A stretch of DNA of 64,000 bases from Candidatus Bathyarchaeota archaeon (GCA_963770935.1 CAVYRJ010000008.1:160001-224000), one strand, 5' to 3'. Shown: positions 41,079-53,206, counted from the stretch's first letter. Numbers and translations: made by a program. The notes: generated by a model not told the origin, from the letters alone.

Positions 41079-42086
41079 ATGCCAACTAGCTCCCTTACCC
41101 AGAATGCGTTATGCATAATTCAAGGTAAGGGTCATTCTGCGATATCTCAAGCTTGCCAAAAAATATTCCAAAAACAATATGATAGAGGAATAATGCGTGA
41201 AGCATTACACTATTATGCGAAAATGGTTCTTCCAAATGTTCTGCCGATTTTTCCAGCTCTAGGTTACTTATCTAGCAAAGCCGTGGGCATGGTCCCCGAA
41301 AACTACAACTCGGTAGCAAGGGCTATGGTGCTTATAACATCCTCAGGAGATATCCACGATGACATCGTTGACAATTCAAGGAAAAAGTTTGGACGAAAAA
41401 CGGTTTTTGGCAAATTCGGGAAAGATATTGCTATTTTGGCAGGCGATGTATTGCTTATTCAGGGAACAGCAGACCTTCAAAGCGAATGCTACAACCTGTC
41501 AAGCAGGCACAGAAAGGCCATAGTGGATTTGGTTGCTGCCTCGATGTTCGAAATCGTGACAGCTGAAGCACTAGAGATTTCCTTGTGTGATAAAGTTAAT
41601 GCGTCTCCAGAGGAGTATTTTGAGGTCATCAGAATGAAAGGTAGTGTTGGAGAGCTTCATTGCAAAATCGGTGCAATAATCGGTGGCGGAAGTCAAGAAG
41701 CGATCGATGACTTAGGACATTATGGCAGGGTAATCGGGATCTTGTCGACTCTGAAAGAGGAATTTGTTGATATGACAATGTTGGAAGAGTTTAAGCACCG
41801 AATCAAGTACGAATTACCGCCATATCCCATGCTTTGTGCCATGAAGAATAAAGCTCTGAAAAAAAAAATTGTTGGCATCACCGAGGGGCCCAAGTTTTTA
41901 GAGAATGATTTGCAGGCAATTGAGGAAATGGTACTAGGTTCGATAGAAGTAAAAAGGCTCATAGCCGAATTTAGGGACTTAGGCAGAAAAGAATTGACTA
42001 CAAACTTGTTGTTAAAAGAAAATAAAAGAGCAAGTGAGTTGTCGTTTATACTTGAGGCTTTGACAGTTGAATTGTCGCTTGTTTAG
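41079..42086 (+). CDS. Isoprenyl-diphosphate-synthase-fold protein with degenerate motifs (candidate ComQ-like peptide prenyltransferase 2)
   Basis: DIHDDIVD, TVFGKFGKDIAILAGD, IRMKGSV, second motif LKEEFVD; paralog of 38101-39099. Confidence 0.8.
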   Translation: MPTSSLTQNALCIIQGKGHSAISQACQKIFQKQYDRGIMREALHYYAKMVLPNVLPIFPALGYLSSKAVGMVPENYNSVARAMVLITSSGDIHDDIVDNSRKKFGRKTVFGKFGKDIAILAGDVLLIQGTADLQSECYNLSSRHRKAIVDLVAASMFEIVTAEALEISLCDKVNASPEEYFEVIRMKGSVGELHCKIGAIIGGGSQEAIDDLGHYGRVIGILSTLKEEFVDMTMLEEFKHRIKYELPPYPMLCAMKNKALKKKIVGITEGPKFLENDLQAIEEMVLGSIEVKRLIAEFRDLGRKELTTNLLLKENKRASELSFILEALTVELSLV

Positions 42087-42165
42087 CTATTTATCTTGAA
42101 TATGGATTCAATCACTGATGTATTATTTCTTAATGTTTAATAATACTTACACTTATCGTTATCCT

Positions 42166-43536
42166 GTGCACCCAAAACGCTAAGAATAATCGGTAAAAAA
42201 ATATCGTCAATCTCAAAAGAAACGTTAGTAAGCACTTTTTTAGTAGCGAACGCTTTTGTTTGGTATCTTTGCGGATTCGGGTATTTGCAAGACATAACAA
42301 GTACGAATTTTAGCGGTAATTCACTACTATTAATGGTTAGCGGCAATTTCGTCAGCTTGGTTTTATCTGCCTTTGCTTCTTCCCTTTTAACAAGCAAATT
42401 CAAGCATAGATTAAATTTTCTCAAATATTGGAGTATTGCAGGTGCATCACTTTCAATCATTTTCGCTATCATAAACCTGCAAGAGCTTACAAATATAATA
42501 GCAATTGCAATCATAATTGGTTCGTACTTCGGTATAGGAATGCCCGTTTGCATGGGCTACTACGCAAATTCAACTAAGCCTCAAAACCGAGCAAAACTAA
42601 GTGGAATCATAATACTTTTTATAGGAATAGGTTATCCAGCTATCTCTATAATTGGAAACAATGCACCGCTCTTTTTAGCCGCCACTTTGGCGGTATGGCG
42701 AATCTCGAGTTTATTTCTTATTCGATATATTAAGCCCGCTGAGCAACAAGAAGAGTCAAAACAGAGGGTTACTTACCGGTCAATAATTACAAACAAGAGT
42801 TTTGTTCTCTATGCTCTCCCATGGCTAATGTTTTCTCTCATAAACGACCTGACAATGCAGTTGAATACTAGCTGACTTTAGTAGCAGTACATTTCCCCAG
42901 GCTTTTGGAAATAACTTTCTGCTTATAGAAATGGTCTTAGCTGGGGCTTCAGCAATTATTTGTGGGCTTTTAGCTGATAGGAAAGGTCGAAAACGATTGG
43001 CATTGATCGGCTTTGTACTTTTAGGCGTTGGGTATGCTTCTTTAGGGATTTTTACCGGCAACTACCTTGCAGCCTGGTTTTATGTATGTGTTGACGGTAT
43101 CGCGTGGGGTGCTTTTTCAATGTTGTTTTTAGTAACTCTCTGGGGGGATATTGCTCAGGGAAAAAGCGCTGAGAAATATTATGTTCTTGGAGTCCTTCCA
43201 TATTTGTTTTCAAACCTAGCTCGCGTTTTAGCTGGAACTTACATATCAGCTAATATGATAGAGGGAACGGCTTTCTCGTTTGCCAGCTTCTTTCTATTCA
43301 TTGCAATACTGCCTATAGCATTTGCTCCAGAGACCTTGTCTGAAAAAATAATAAAGAAACTAGACCTCAATAGCTATGTCAACCAAGCATTGGAGAAAGC
43401 AAAGAAAAAGAATGCAAAAAATGTGGAGCCAGGTCAAAGAGTTGTATCACAGAATGAAATGACAAGCAATGATGAAGCCGATGATACGTCAAAAGAGTAC
43501 GAAGAAGCAAAGAAGTTGGCGGAAAAATACTATTAA
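42166..43536 (+). CDS. MFS-like 12-TM protein 2 (frameshift near 42872; start uncertain)
   Basis: FLVANAFVWY upstream of ORF 42285 matches FLIVNALVWY of paralog 1; NRAKLSG, DRKGRKRLA, APETLSEK, ends YEEAKKLAEKYY. Confidence 0.75.
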
Positions 43537-43561
43537 GTCGGACGTTTGTTGATATGGTTTC

Positions 43562-44693
43562 ATGTTCTTTCACGTGATACTTACCAGTGACTGCAATTTG
43601 CAGTGCAAGTACTGTTTTGGCGAGAGCCTTGATGACTTTGACGAAGAATTCGGCGACGATATAGAAGTCGACTACGATTTGCCACGCAACCTCAGCTATG
43701 ATTTAGAGCCTCTGAACAAGTTCTGCCGACAAGACCCTAATTGTGTTTTGACCTTCTATGGTGGAGAACCCCTGCTGCAGATGGATAAACTTAGGCAAAT
43801 TATGAATAAAGTGACCCCTAAACATTATATGATGCAAACAAACGGTTTACTTCTTGACAAACTTGAACCAAAATATGTTAACCGTTTCCACACTATCCTT
43901 GTCTCGATTGATGGGCAAGAAGACCTGACGGATGCTTATCGAGGAGCAGGAACTTACCGGAAAGTCATCGAGAACCTAAAATTAATCAAGAAAAACGGAT
44001 TTAAGGGAGAATTAATTGCTCGCATGACCATAATGGAGCAAACCGACATAGAAAAACAAGTCAAATATCTCTTGAACAACCCGGATTTTTCGTTTACCTC
44101 GATTCATTGGCAACTTAACGCTGGTTTCTGGGGCAATGACTATCAAAGGCGCAACTTTGAGGAGTGGACCAAAACCAGCTACATTCCAGGGGTTGAAAGG
44201 CTGGTGCATTTTTGGGTTGACCAAATCCAAGATAAGGGCACTGTGCTTAAACTATACCCAATTTTGGGCATAGCAAACTCGCTTTTGCATGAAGAGAAAA
44301 AATGCCTGATGCGTTGCGGAGGCGGCTGGATAAACTACGCTATCCAAACTGACGGCTACATTATTCCTTGCCCAACCATGTGGGGGATGAAGGAATACTA
44401 TCTTGGGCATATAAAAGATGCCGACCCTCTAAAACTTGAGACGAATTTTCGTAGACGAGAAACCTTGTGTGGACTGCAAAAATCTGGATATTTGCGGGGG
44501 AAGATGCCTATACACTAATATAACCAAAAGATGGAGCGATGATGCTTACAATAAAGTTTGCAACACGGTGGAACAATTAATCAAAGCAGTAGAATGCGAA
44601 GTCCCACGCATCCGAAGGTTGATCAGTAAGGGAAAAGTTGGGATAGATGACTTTGATTATGTAAAATATAATGGTGCTGAAATCATACCTTAG
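43562..44693 (+). CDS. Radical SAM/SPASM enzyme (resembles the TIGR04084/AF0577 family), frameshift near 44440
   Basis: CNLQCKYC, FYGGEP, QTNG, SIDG; SPASM cysteines CGGG...DGYIIPCP then CVDCKNLDICGGRC in the next frame. Confidence 0.85.
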
Positions 44694-44854
44694 AGTTGTT
44701 TGTATACAACATTTTTTTTCTCTTTCCCATTGAATTGTTTATTCGATGTTTTGTCTGATTTCTGCCCGATGGATTTCTTTAGTGTCAATCTGAATGGAAT
44801 TGACGGGCTGGTCAAAATTTATTATGAGTCCTTTGGAATTGGTATTCGAATTCT

Positions 44855-45448
44855 TTATTTTGAAAGCAGGAAAAGTCCGACTTCACCGAAAAGGTTGGGC
44901 AAAACCGAAACCTCCTTGTCCTTAGAGATGAAAACCGCTTTTTCGATACATATCCCACTTTTTTTGCAATATTCTTTGAAGTCAGCGATGCTTAGAAAGT
45001 GTAAGTTAGGAGTATCATACCACTCATAAGGCAGAGATGGGGTAACTGGGACTTTTCCGCGGAAGAAAATCTGGAAGCGATCAGTGATATAGCAAAAATT
45101 TGGGAAACCAACGATTACTTTTTTGCCGACACGCAAGGCCTCTTTTATCGCAAAATCAGGTTTCTTGACTTGTTGTAATGTTTGGTTTAGGATAACGTAG
45201 TCTACGCTTTTGTCAGCGTATTCGGTTAATCCAGTGTCGATGTCTTGCTGGAACACGCTTAAGCCTGCTGCTACGCAGTTGTGGATGGCTTGTTCGCTGA
45301 GTTCCACGCCTTGTGCATGCACTTGCTTGTTGCGGATCAGCAAATTGAGAAGTTCGCCGTCGCCGCATCCCAAATCCAAAACGGATGCTCCGCTGCTAAT
45401 CCAGCTTGAAATGACTTTGTGCTCAATTACATGGGTTTGCTTTGTCAT
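44855..45448 (-). CDS. metW: Methionine biosynthesis protein MetW
   Basis: [31 protein letters not shown]; adjacent to metX. Confidence 0.92.
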   Translation of the reverse strand: MTKQTHVIEHKVISSWISSGASVLDLGCGDGELLNLLIRNKQVHAQGVELSEQAIHNCVAAGLSVFQQDIDTGLTEYADKSVDYVILNQTLQQVKKPDFAIKEALRVGKKVIVGFPNFCYITDRFQIFFRGKVPVTPSLPYEWYDTPNLHFLSIADFKEYCKKSGICIEKAVFISKDKEVSVLPNLFGEVGLFLLSK

Positions 45449-46585
45449 GTACGACCGCCATTTTTGTTTCCATTGGATACAGCTGTCAAAAAGCCCCCGA
45501 TAAGTTGCGTTTCCTGCTCTGTTTCCAACAGGAAAGAGTCATGGCCATAAGTGCTGTTTATTTCGCAGTAGCTTGCCTCTACGCCTGCTAGTTTGCATGC
45601 TTTAACGATTTCTTGGCTTTGGTAGGCTGGGTAGAGCCAGTCAGACTTGAAAGCCAGAACGAGAACTTTTGCCTTTAATCCTTTAAAGACATTGCCTAAA
45701 GCATGGCCGTTGAGAACGTTAAAGTTGTCGATGGCTTTAGTGATGTAGAGATAACTGTTGGCATCGAACCGTTTGACAAAGTTGTCTCCTCTGTAGCGAA
45801 GGTACCCTTCGACTTCGAAGTCTGCGCTGAACTTGAAAGGTTCCTTATCAGCTCTGGTTTTTCTGCCAAACTTTTCAGTCATTGAAGTGTCGCTCATATA
45901 AGTAATGTGTCCAATCATTCGGGCAACGGCTAAACCTTTTGAGGGAGGTTTTGAACCGTAATATTCGCCATTTTTCCAGTCAGGATCTGACATCACAGCT
46001 TGTCGCCCAACCTCGTTGAATGCTATTTGCTGAGGGGTATGTTTCAGCGCCGTTGCAATTGGAATTGCTGAACATATCCATTCGGGATATGAAACCATCC
46101 ATTGCAGCACTTGCATTCCACCCATGGAACCGCCGATAACCGCCAATAACTTCTTGATACCCAAGTGATCAATGAGTTGTTTTTGTGCTTCAACCATGTC
46201 GCCGACGCTAACAAGTGGGAAACTTAGACCGTAAGGCTTTCCTGTTTTATGATCAATTGAAGATGGACCTGTCGAGCCCTTGCAGCCTCCGATAACGTTG
46301 CTGCATATTACAAAGTACTTGTCTGTGTCAATGCCTTTGCCTTGACCTATTAGGTTTCCCCACCAGCCATCGGGTCCAGCAGCATGGGCGTCTCCGCTGA
46401 GTGCATGAAGAACAAGAATTGCGTTTGATTTTTGCGCATTCAATTTGCCGTATGTTTCGTAGGCAAGCGTAATTGGACCTAATTTTTCACCCGATTCCAA
46501 CGTTAACTCATCAGGGGGTTGGGCGAAAGTATAAGTTTTGTGTTTGGCTGGTTTTTTCGTTGGTTATTAGCTTGTTTGCCTCCAT
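45445..46585 (-). CDS. metX: Homoserine O-acetyltransferase (N-terminal indel)
   Basis: [30 protein letters not shown]; [15 protein letters not shown] lies upstream of ORF 46500; ATG at 46585 is out of frame by one base. Confidence 0.92.
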
Positions 46586-46605
46586 AAAGAAAAAAGTTGT
46601 TTGTT

Positions 46606-47925
<1,320 letters not shown>

Positions 47926-48019
47926 TTAGCGGAACAATAAAATGCATAACGGCGTTATATGGGTTCTTGCAAGAAATATTCCAAAAAGAATATTAGCCCA
48001 TCAGACCAACTACTAAAAC

Positions 48020-48574
48020 ATGTTCCCGCCAATAGAAGACATCGCCAAACGCCGAAGACAACTAGGTCTAAAACAGTCACAGCTAGCCAAAATGGCAGAA
48101 GTCAGCCAATCCCTAATCGCCAAACTCGAAGCTGGAACCATCGACTCATCCTACACCAAAGTAAAAACAATTTTCGATGTGCTAGAACGCATAGAATTTA
48201 AAACCAAAGTTCAAGCAGAAAAACTAGTTCACAGCGAAGTTTTTAGTGTCCAAAAAAAGGACCCAATTTCCGAAGTGGTAAAAGTAATGAAGGAACATGG
48301 CTATTCACAAATCCCGGTTTTTGATGGAAAACAATCTGTGGGCAGCATCTCAGAGAAGACTATTTTGCGACAAATTCTTTCAGGAAAAGACTTGGAGCAA
48401 ATCTCCAAATTGCCAACTGAAGACATCATGGAGGAAGCGTTTCCACAGATAAATGAAGATGCACCGTTGTCATTGATTACTAGTCTTTTGCAGACTTACT
48501 CAGCTGTTTTAGTGTCTAAAAAAGGCGTTGTGATAGGCATCATTACGAAGGCAGACTTGCTGAGAATGCTTTAG
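48020..48574 (+). CDS. Cro/C1 HTH plus CBS-pair transcriptional regulator
   Basis: LKQSQLAKMAEVSQSLIAKLEAG; YSQIPV, VGSISE, GIITKADLL. Confidence 0.88.
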   Translation: MFPPIEDIAKRRRQLGLKQSQLAKMAEVSQSLIAKLEAGTIDSSYTKVKTIFDVLERIEFKTKVQAEKLVHSEVFSVQKKDPISEVVKVMKEHGYSQIPVFDGKQSVGSISEKTILRQILSGKDLEQISKLPTEDIMEEAFPQINEDAPLSLITSLLQTYSAVLVSKKGVVIGIITKADLLRML

Positions 48575-49172
48575 ATTACTATTCTTCGCAGCTAAACTAC
48601 TCATGGTGTTTAAGCATCTTATTGGTTCTATGATTGGCTCTGTTTTTTTTAATAAATGAGGGATGTGCACAATTATTTTTTTTCTTAGAGCGTTTGATTG
48701 GGTATGATTGTTTCTGGGCATCCAGAATTCAAAGGTGAAAACAAAAAAGTTGGAGCAAGAAGATGATGGAGAATTTGCCGGCTAAAGGTCGAAGGGTTGG
48801 TGGAGTATTTGTTGTTTGATGAAGAAAACCAGTTGAATTGATATAGTGCAGAGCTTGTTTTGGGTTGATTTTCTTTTTTGGGGCTTGTTGCGTCAGCAGG
48901 TTGCGTCTGGATTCGTCACAAAACGTCTTAGAACGTCACAGAAAGGCTATAAAAGGCGGGTTGTTCTAATTACTAGCCATGAACGGCTAGCTGCGCAAAT
49001 AAGCCTAAGGATATTTTTTGTTGGTTTTCTGTGTCTTTTAGAAACGACTGTTTTGTTTACAACAATGCTGAAATGGTTCACAGCTTAAAAAAACAAAAAG
49101 GAGTTAACTAGATTTAGAAATATGCCCCCCCTCAACAAATGAAAATCATTACGCCTTCTCAACAATTTGGTG

Positions 49173-49544
49173 TCAAATGTAGTATTCAGGTTTTGGACTT
49201 TCAGACTCTACATCATATTTATTGCAAAAAGTCGAGCAGAGTTTACAAAAATCAAAGGTTACCTCGCCAACACCTATCTCTTTAATCACAATTTTTCTTG
49301 CTGTTTCAATTGCCATGGCTTGAATTTTAGGCAAATATTGCTCGACATGGTCGATCCCTTTGTAGGCACGTTTTGAACTTAGGTATTGGCTTACAGCAGC
49401 TTGAGTGGTGCCTAGTTTTTTAGCTGCTTCTGTTTGTGTAAGATGATGTTTCTGTACTAGTTCTTTGGCAAGAATTGACCTATATATTGGTAGGATGTAT
49501 TTGCCAACAATTTCGCATTGGGGATCCATCTTTATCGATTGCAT
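49173..49544 (-). CDS. HTH transcriptional regulator (COG2522-like) with C-terminal CxxC
   Basis: PQCE, TQTEAAKKLGTTQAAVSQYL..KR, FCKLC; the start may be 49530. Confidence 0.8.
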   Translation of the reverse strand: MQSIKMDPQCEIVGKYILPIYRSILAKELVQKHHLTQTEAAKKLGTTQAAVSQYLSSKRAYKGIDHVEQYLPKIQAMAIETARKIVIKEIGVGEVTFDFCKLCSTFCNKYDVESESPKPEYYI

Positions 49545-49678
49545 ATAACACTCTTATACTAATAAATTCTTTCCGAAACATAGGTCGATTTTGCTTGCCT
49601 AAGCTTATGTCCAGATTGAGAACATCGAAGACGGCTATGCAGTTGTATCAAATGTAGTATTCAGGTTTTGGACTTTCA
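49173..49678. repeat. 31-bp perfect direct repeat (49173-49203 and 49648-49678)
   Basis: TCAAATGTAGTATTCAGGTTTTGGACTTTCA occurs at both positions. Confidence 0.9.
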
Positions 49679-49806
49679 AACTGCTTACTTTTGCCATAAG
49701 ATAATAATGGAAAATAACAAAATTTAACTAACAGAAACGGGTTCTTTTGGAGTAGCACCAATCAGAGAATAGTTGTAATTCTCAATTGTTTACGAGATGA
49801 ACCCGT

Positions 49807-50536
49807 TTGGAAAACAAAAAAGCATCAGAAGCAAACAATAATTGCCAAGTACGGGTTCTTAGGAATGGCCCATACCTTGTTTCTGGAAACACCCCTTTGC
49901 TTCCAGCGACAATAATATGCGATCATGAAGGCATACCTGCTGATTGGGAAATAGGCAATAAACTAAAAACTACACAAACATACATTTTATGCCGCTGCGG
50001 ACAATCCAAGAGCAAGCCTTTCTGCGATGGAACACATGCAAAAGTGAATTTTATCGGAACCGAAACTAGCGATAACGAACCCTTTGATTTAATGGCTAAA
50101 GAAATTGAAGGTCCCACATTAAAACTAAAAGACGCTGAAATTCTATGCGCTTCTGCCAGATTTTGCCACCGGGGAGGAGACATTTGGCAACAAATTCCCC
50201 TATCAGACGACCCCCAGCTAAAACAAAACGCCACGAGAAATGCATGCGATTGCCCTTCCGGTCGGCTTGTAATCATCGATAAGAAAAATGGACAAAACAA
50301 TTGAGCCGTTGTTTGATAAATCAATCGGGTTAATAGAGGACCCCGCAAAGGGGGTTGATGGTCCACTTTGGGTTCGCGGTGCAATCCCCATATATTCGTC
50401 CGAGGGCAAACTCTACGAGGTTAGGAACCGCGTGACTCTTTGTCGTTGCGGAAAATCAACCAACAAGCCGTTTTGCGATAGCAGCCATTATCCAGAAGAA
50501 GACCGTGAGGTGATTGAAAATGAGCAAAAATATTAA
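49807..50536 (+). CDS. Double CDGSH iron-sulfur protein with central ferredoxin-like domain, frameshift near 50290
   Basis: LCRCGQSKSKPFCDGTH, LCASARFC...CPSGRL, LCRCGKSTNKPFCDSSH. Confidence 0.88.
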
Positions 50537-50855
50537 ACAGAAATCCAAACAAACTAAAGGCGATGTTGACGACGATTTAAAATCTAAGGAGAAAGCGTTT
50601 GTTCTCTTCTATGCTTCATGGTGTCCCTATTCTCAGCGGTTCCTGCCGATTTTTGAAGAATACGCAAAGAGCAACCCAAAAGAATGCATAACCGTAATGA
50701 TAGATGACAAGCCAGATGTATGCGAAAAATACGAAATAGAATACTACCCAACAGTGCTTCTCTTAAAAAAAGGAGCAGTAAAGAAGAGGCTTGATGCCAC
50801 GCCAGGATTAGGGTTAACTAAAAAGCAACTTAAAGAACTTACAGCTAACCCATAA
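50514..50855 (+). CDS. Thioredoxin-fold protein with CxxS site
   Basis: FYASWCPYS, YEIEYYPTV; the start may be 50520. Confidence 0.85.
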   Translation: MKMSKNIKQKSKQTKGDVDDDLKSKEKAFVLFYASWCPYSQRFLPIFEEYAKSNPKECITVMIDDKPDVCEKYEIEYYPTVLLLKKGAVKKRLDATPGLGLTKKQLKELTANP

Positions 50856-50885
50856 AAGCCTTTTTCTGTTGTTTTTTTTCCGCAT

Positions 50886-51236
50886 TTAACGCTTTGTTGT
50901 CTCAGGCACGGAGGTTTTGGCATATATAATGTTGCTGATTGAGTTTTGGTCGTTTTTTAAATCGTAGTTTTCGCATGCCCCCACTTTATCACTTTTTTCC
51001 TTACTCTGTTTTAGCTTGCACACGTGAATCAGCCTAAAACTCAGCTTTCTCAAGTTTTCTCCTGAGCGGAACCAAACATTGTATTGTCCCTGTTTTTCCT
51101 TGCTAATAGCGACTATGTCAGTCTGGAAATCGCCTGTTTTGTGGACGTACTCCTTGATTGTGCTGGTTTGCGGCACTATTATTTTGAGTTTTATTGTGTC
51201 ATATTTACAATCCCAGCAAATATTCGTATTATTCAT
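50886..51236 (-). CDS. Hypothetical protein
   Basis: 116 aa ATG ORF with CWDC and two further Cys; no family recognised. Confidence 0.4.
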   Translation of the reverse strand: MNNTNICWDCKYDTIKLKIIVPQTSTIKEYVHKTGDFQTDIVAISKEKQGQYNVWFRSGENLRKLSFRLIHVCKLKQSKEKSDKVGACENYDLKNDQNSISNIIYAKTSVPETTKR

Positions 51237-51574
51237 GATACCTTACCGCTTTCTGGTTTAGGGCGATACCACAAATATCGTTTTTTGAAAAACTTAATTT
51301 ACTTACTTGTTAACCCTAGTTCACAAGTTAACACAAAGAAACGTGCTAACTTGTCAACTCGTCTTCGCTAAAACCAGTTCTCAACTTAACAAGAACGTAA
51401 AAACAACTTCCTAACATTTTTTCATTGTTTGGGCAGTAATTGCTGGTACTCGGTGTTGATGGCTACATGCTGTTTCAGATTAAAAGGTCACCCAATAAGA
51501 CAACTCTTTAATTGATGCCATATTTCTATTTAAATTGGTTAATCTTTTTTAGAAGCGCCTGTTTGTTTCTGGAT

Positions 51575-52819
51575 ATGACAACAGCGATGTTTTGGAGCCG
51601 AAAAATCCTTACCAACGGCTTAACAGTGCTGCTTTATCCGCGGCAATCATCAAACACTACCCAGTTATCCATCGCTGTAGAATATGGTTCTAACCATGAA
51701 TCTAAAGAGATTGCTGGAACAGCCCATTTCCTTGAACATATGCTTGCGGGAGGTTCAGATAAACGAATCAAGATGTCCAGAAGCATTGAGAATTCCGGCG
51801 GAATCTTGGATTTCTATACAGACCATGAGCACATGATGAGTAGGATTGATATTTTGCCGGGCGAATTAACCGAAGCGTCCGCCGTTATTTCAGAGTTGCT
51901 TTTTGGCACGGATTTTGAGGAAGAAAAATTCAGTCAAGAACGCAAAATAATACTCAACGAATTAGCCGAGGCACTTGATGACCCCATTGAGAGAATTGAA
52001 GAGTTACTCTTGAAGAGTTTGTTTAAAAAGCATCCAGTGAATCGCCCAGTTGGAGGCTTTCCGAAAACCGTGAAACAATTAACGTTAGACCAACTGATTA
52101 AGGCGCATAAAACGAATTATAATCCCCAAAACATGATTCTGATTTTGACGGGCAGTTTCTCCGAAGAGAACACTGAGGTTGTTTTAAAAAATTTCAGGGA
52201 TAGAAACTTTGAGAAAGCGTTTTCAAAAAAGGCATTTCCAGTTGAAGCTTCTAATCCTAAGCCGCTGGTTATCGAGAAAAGGGCAGGAATCGCTCAAACA
52301 TACCTGAATATGGGTGTACGAACTGTTAATTCAAGTCACCATGATTCGCCCACGTTAGATTTGATAAGTGCCCTACTTAGCGGGGGCACCAGTTCACGGT
52401 TATTCATCGAAATGCGAGAAAAGCACGCTTTAACCTATGACATCAACTCTGACCATAACAAGGGTGTGGATTTCGGCTACTTCAGCATCAAGTGTGCAGT
52501 TAAGGATAAAAATTTGGAAAAGGCTAAACGGGTAATTCTTAAAGAATTAACAAAGCTAAAAACTGAAAAAGTTCCATTGAATGAGCTTGAAAAGACTAAA
52601 AACTTGATTATGGGTGCAAGTCTCAGAGGAATGGATGATCCACAGGAGTGCTCCGAAATTATTGCTTACATGGAAATGCAATTCAAGAGTGGAAAAGCGT
52701 TGGTTGACCACCTTTCCAAAATTGAAGCAGTGACAACTGATAACATAATAGAAACAGCAAATGTGTATCTTCAAGAAGATTACTTATCAACAGTCGTTGT
52801 AAAACCAAAAATGACCTGA
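51575..52819 (+). CDS. M16 (pitrilysin) family zinc peptidase
   Basis: GTAHFLEHML, ERKIILNE, SSRLFIEMREKHALTY. Confidence 0.9.
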   Translation: MTTAMFWSRKILTNGLTVLLYPRQSSNTTQLSIAVEYGSNHESKEIAGTAHFLEHMLAGGSDKRIKMSRSIENSGGILDFYTDHEHMMSRIDILPGELTEASAVISELLFGTDFEEEKFSQERKIILNELAEALDDPIERIEELLLKSLFKKHPVNRPVGGFPKTVKQLTLDQLIKAHKTNYNPQNMILILTGSFSEENTEVVLKNFRDRNFEKAFSKKAFPVEASNPKPLVIEKRAGIAQTYLNMGVRTVNSSHHDSPTLDLISALLSGGTSSRLFIEMREKHALTYDINSDHNKGVDFGYFSIKCAVKDKNLEKAKRVILKELTKLKTEKVPLNELEKTKNLIMGASLRGMDDPQECSEIIAYMEMQFKSGKALVDHLSKIEAVTTDNIIETANVYLQEDYLSTVVVKPKMT

Positions 52820-53206
52820 TCCGGCAGAAAATCATGAAGGTTTCCTAAAATTGTTGGCAGGTGCCGTTTGACAGGCTCCTTGCCGCCGTAATTAGGATAC
52901 CAAGGAGATACCTTTGGGAGCCTTAGCCCATTTTACATAACAGGAAAACACAGCCTTAATTCAGCTGCAGATTAATCTGTCAAACGACTTGATGTTGCTC
53001 AGCAAATACCTAATTATTCAATTTAATAGAGAATAAGAATTAGTGGGAGCGCTCAAACAACCACAACCTGAAAACAAGTTATCGAGGCTTTCCTATCTTC
53101 CCGCAAAGACTAATGTGCTATAAAAAATGTTCAGATTATCTGTTGTTCATGTTTGTAACCACAAGTTTTCATATAGTATTGTTCCTATTAATGACAGGTT
53201 GATTAC

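Noticed and set aside
42133-42183. Short ORF MFNNTYTYRYPVHPKR as a third precursor peptide
   Set aside because: No SD, no Trp and no similarity to the other two peptides; it overlaps the probable start region of MFS 2.
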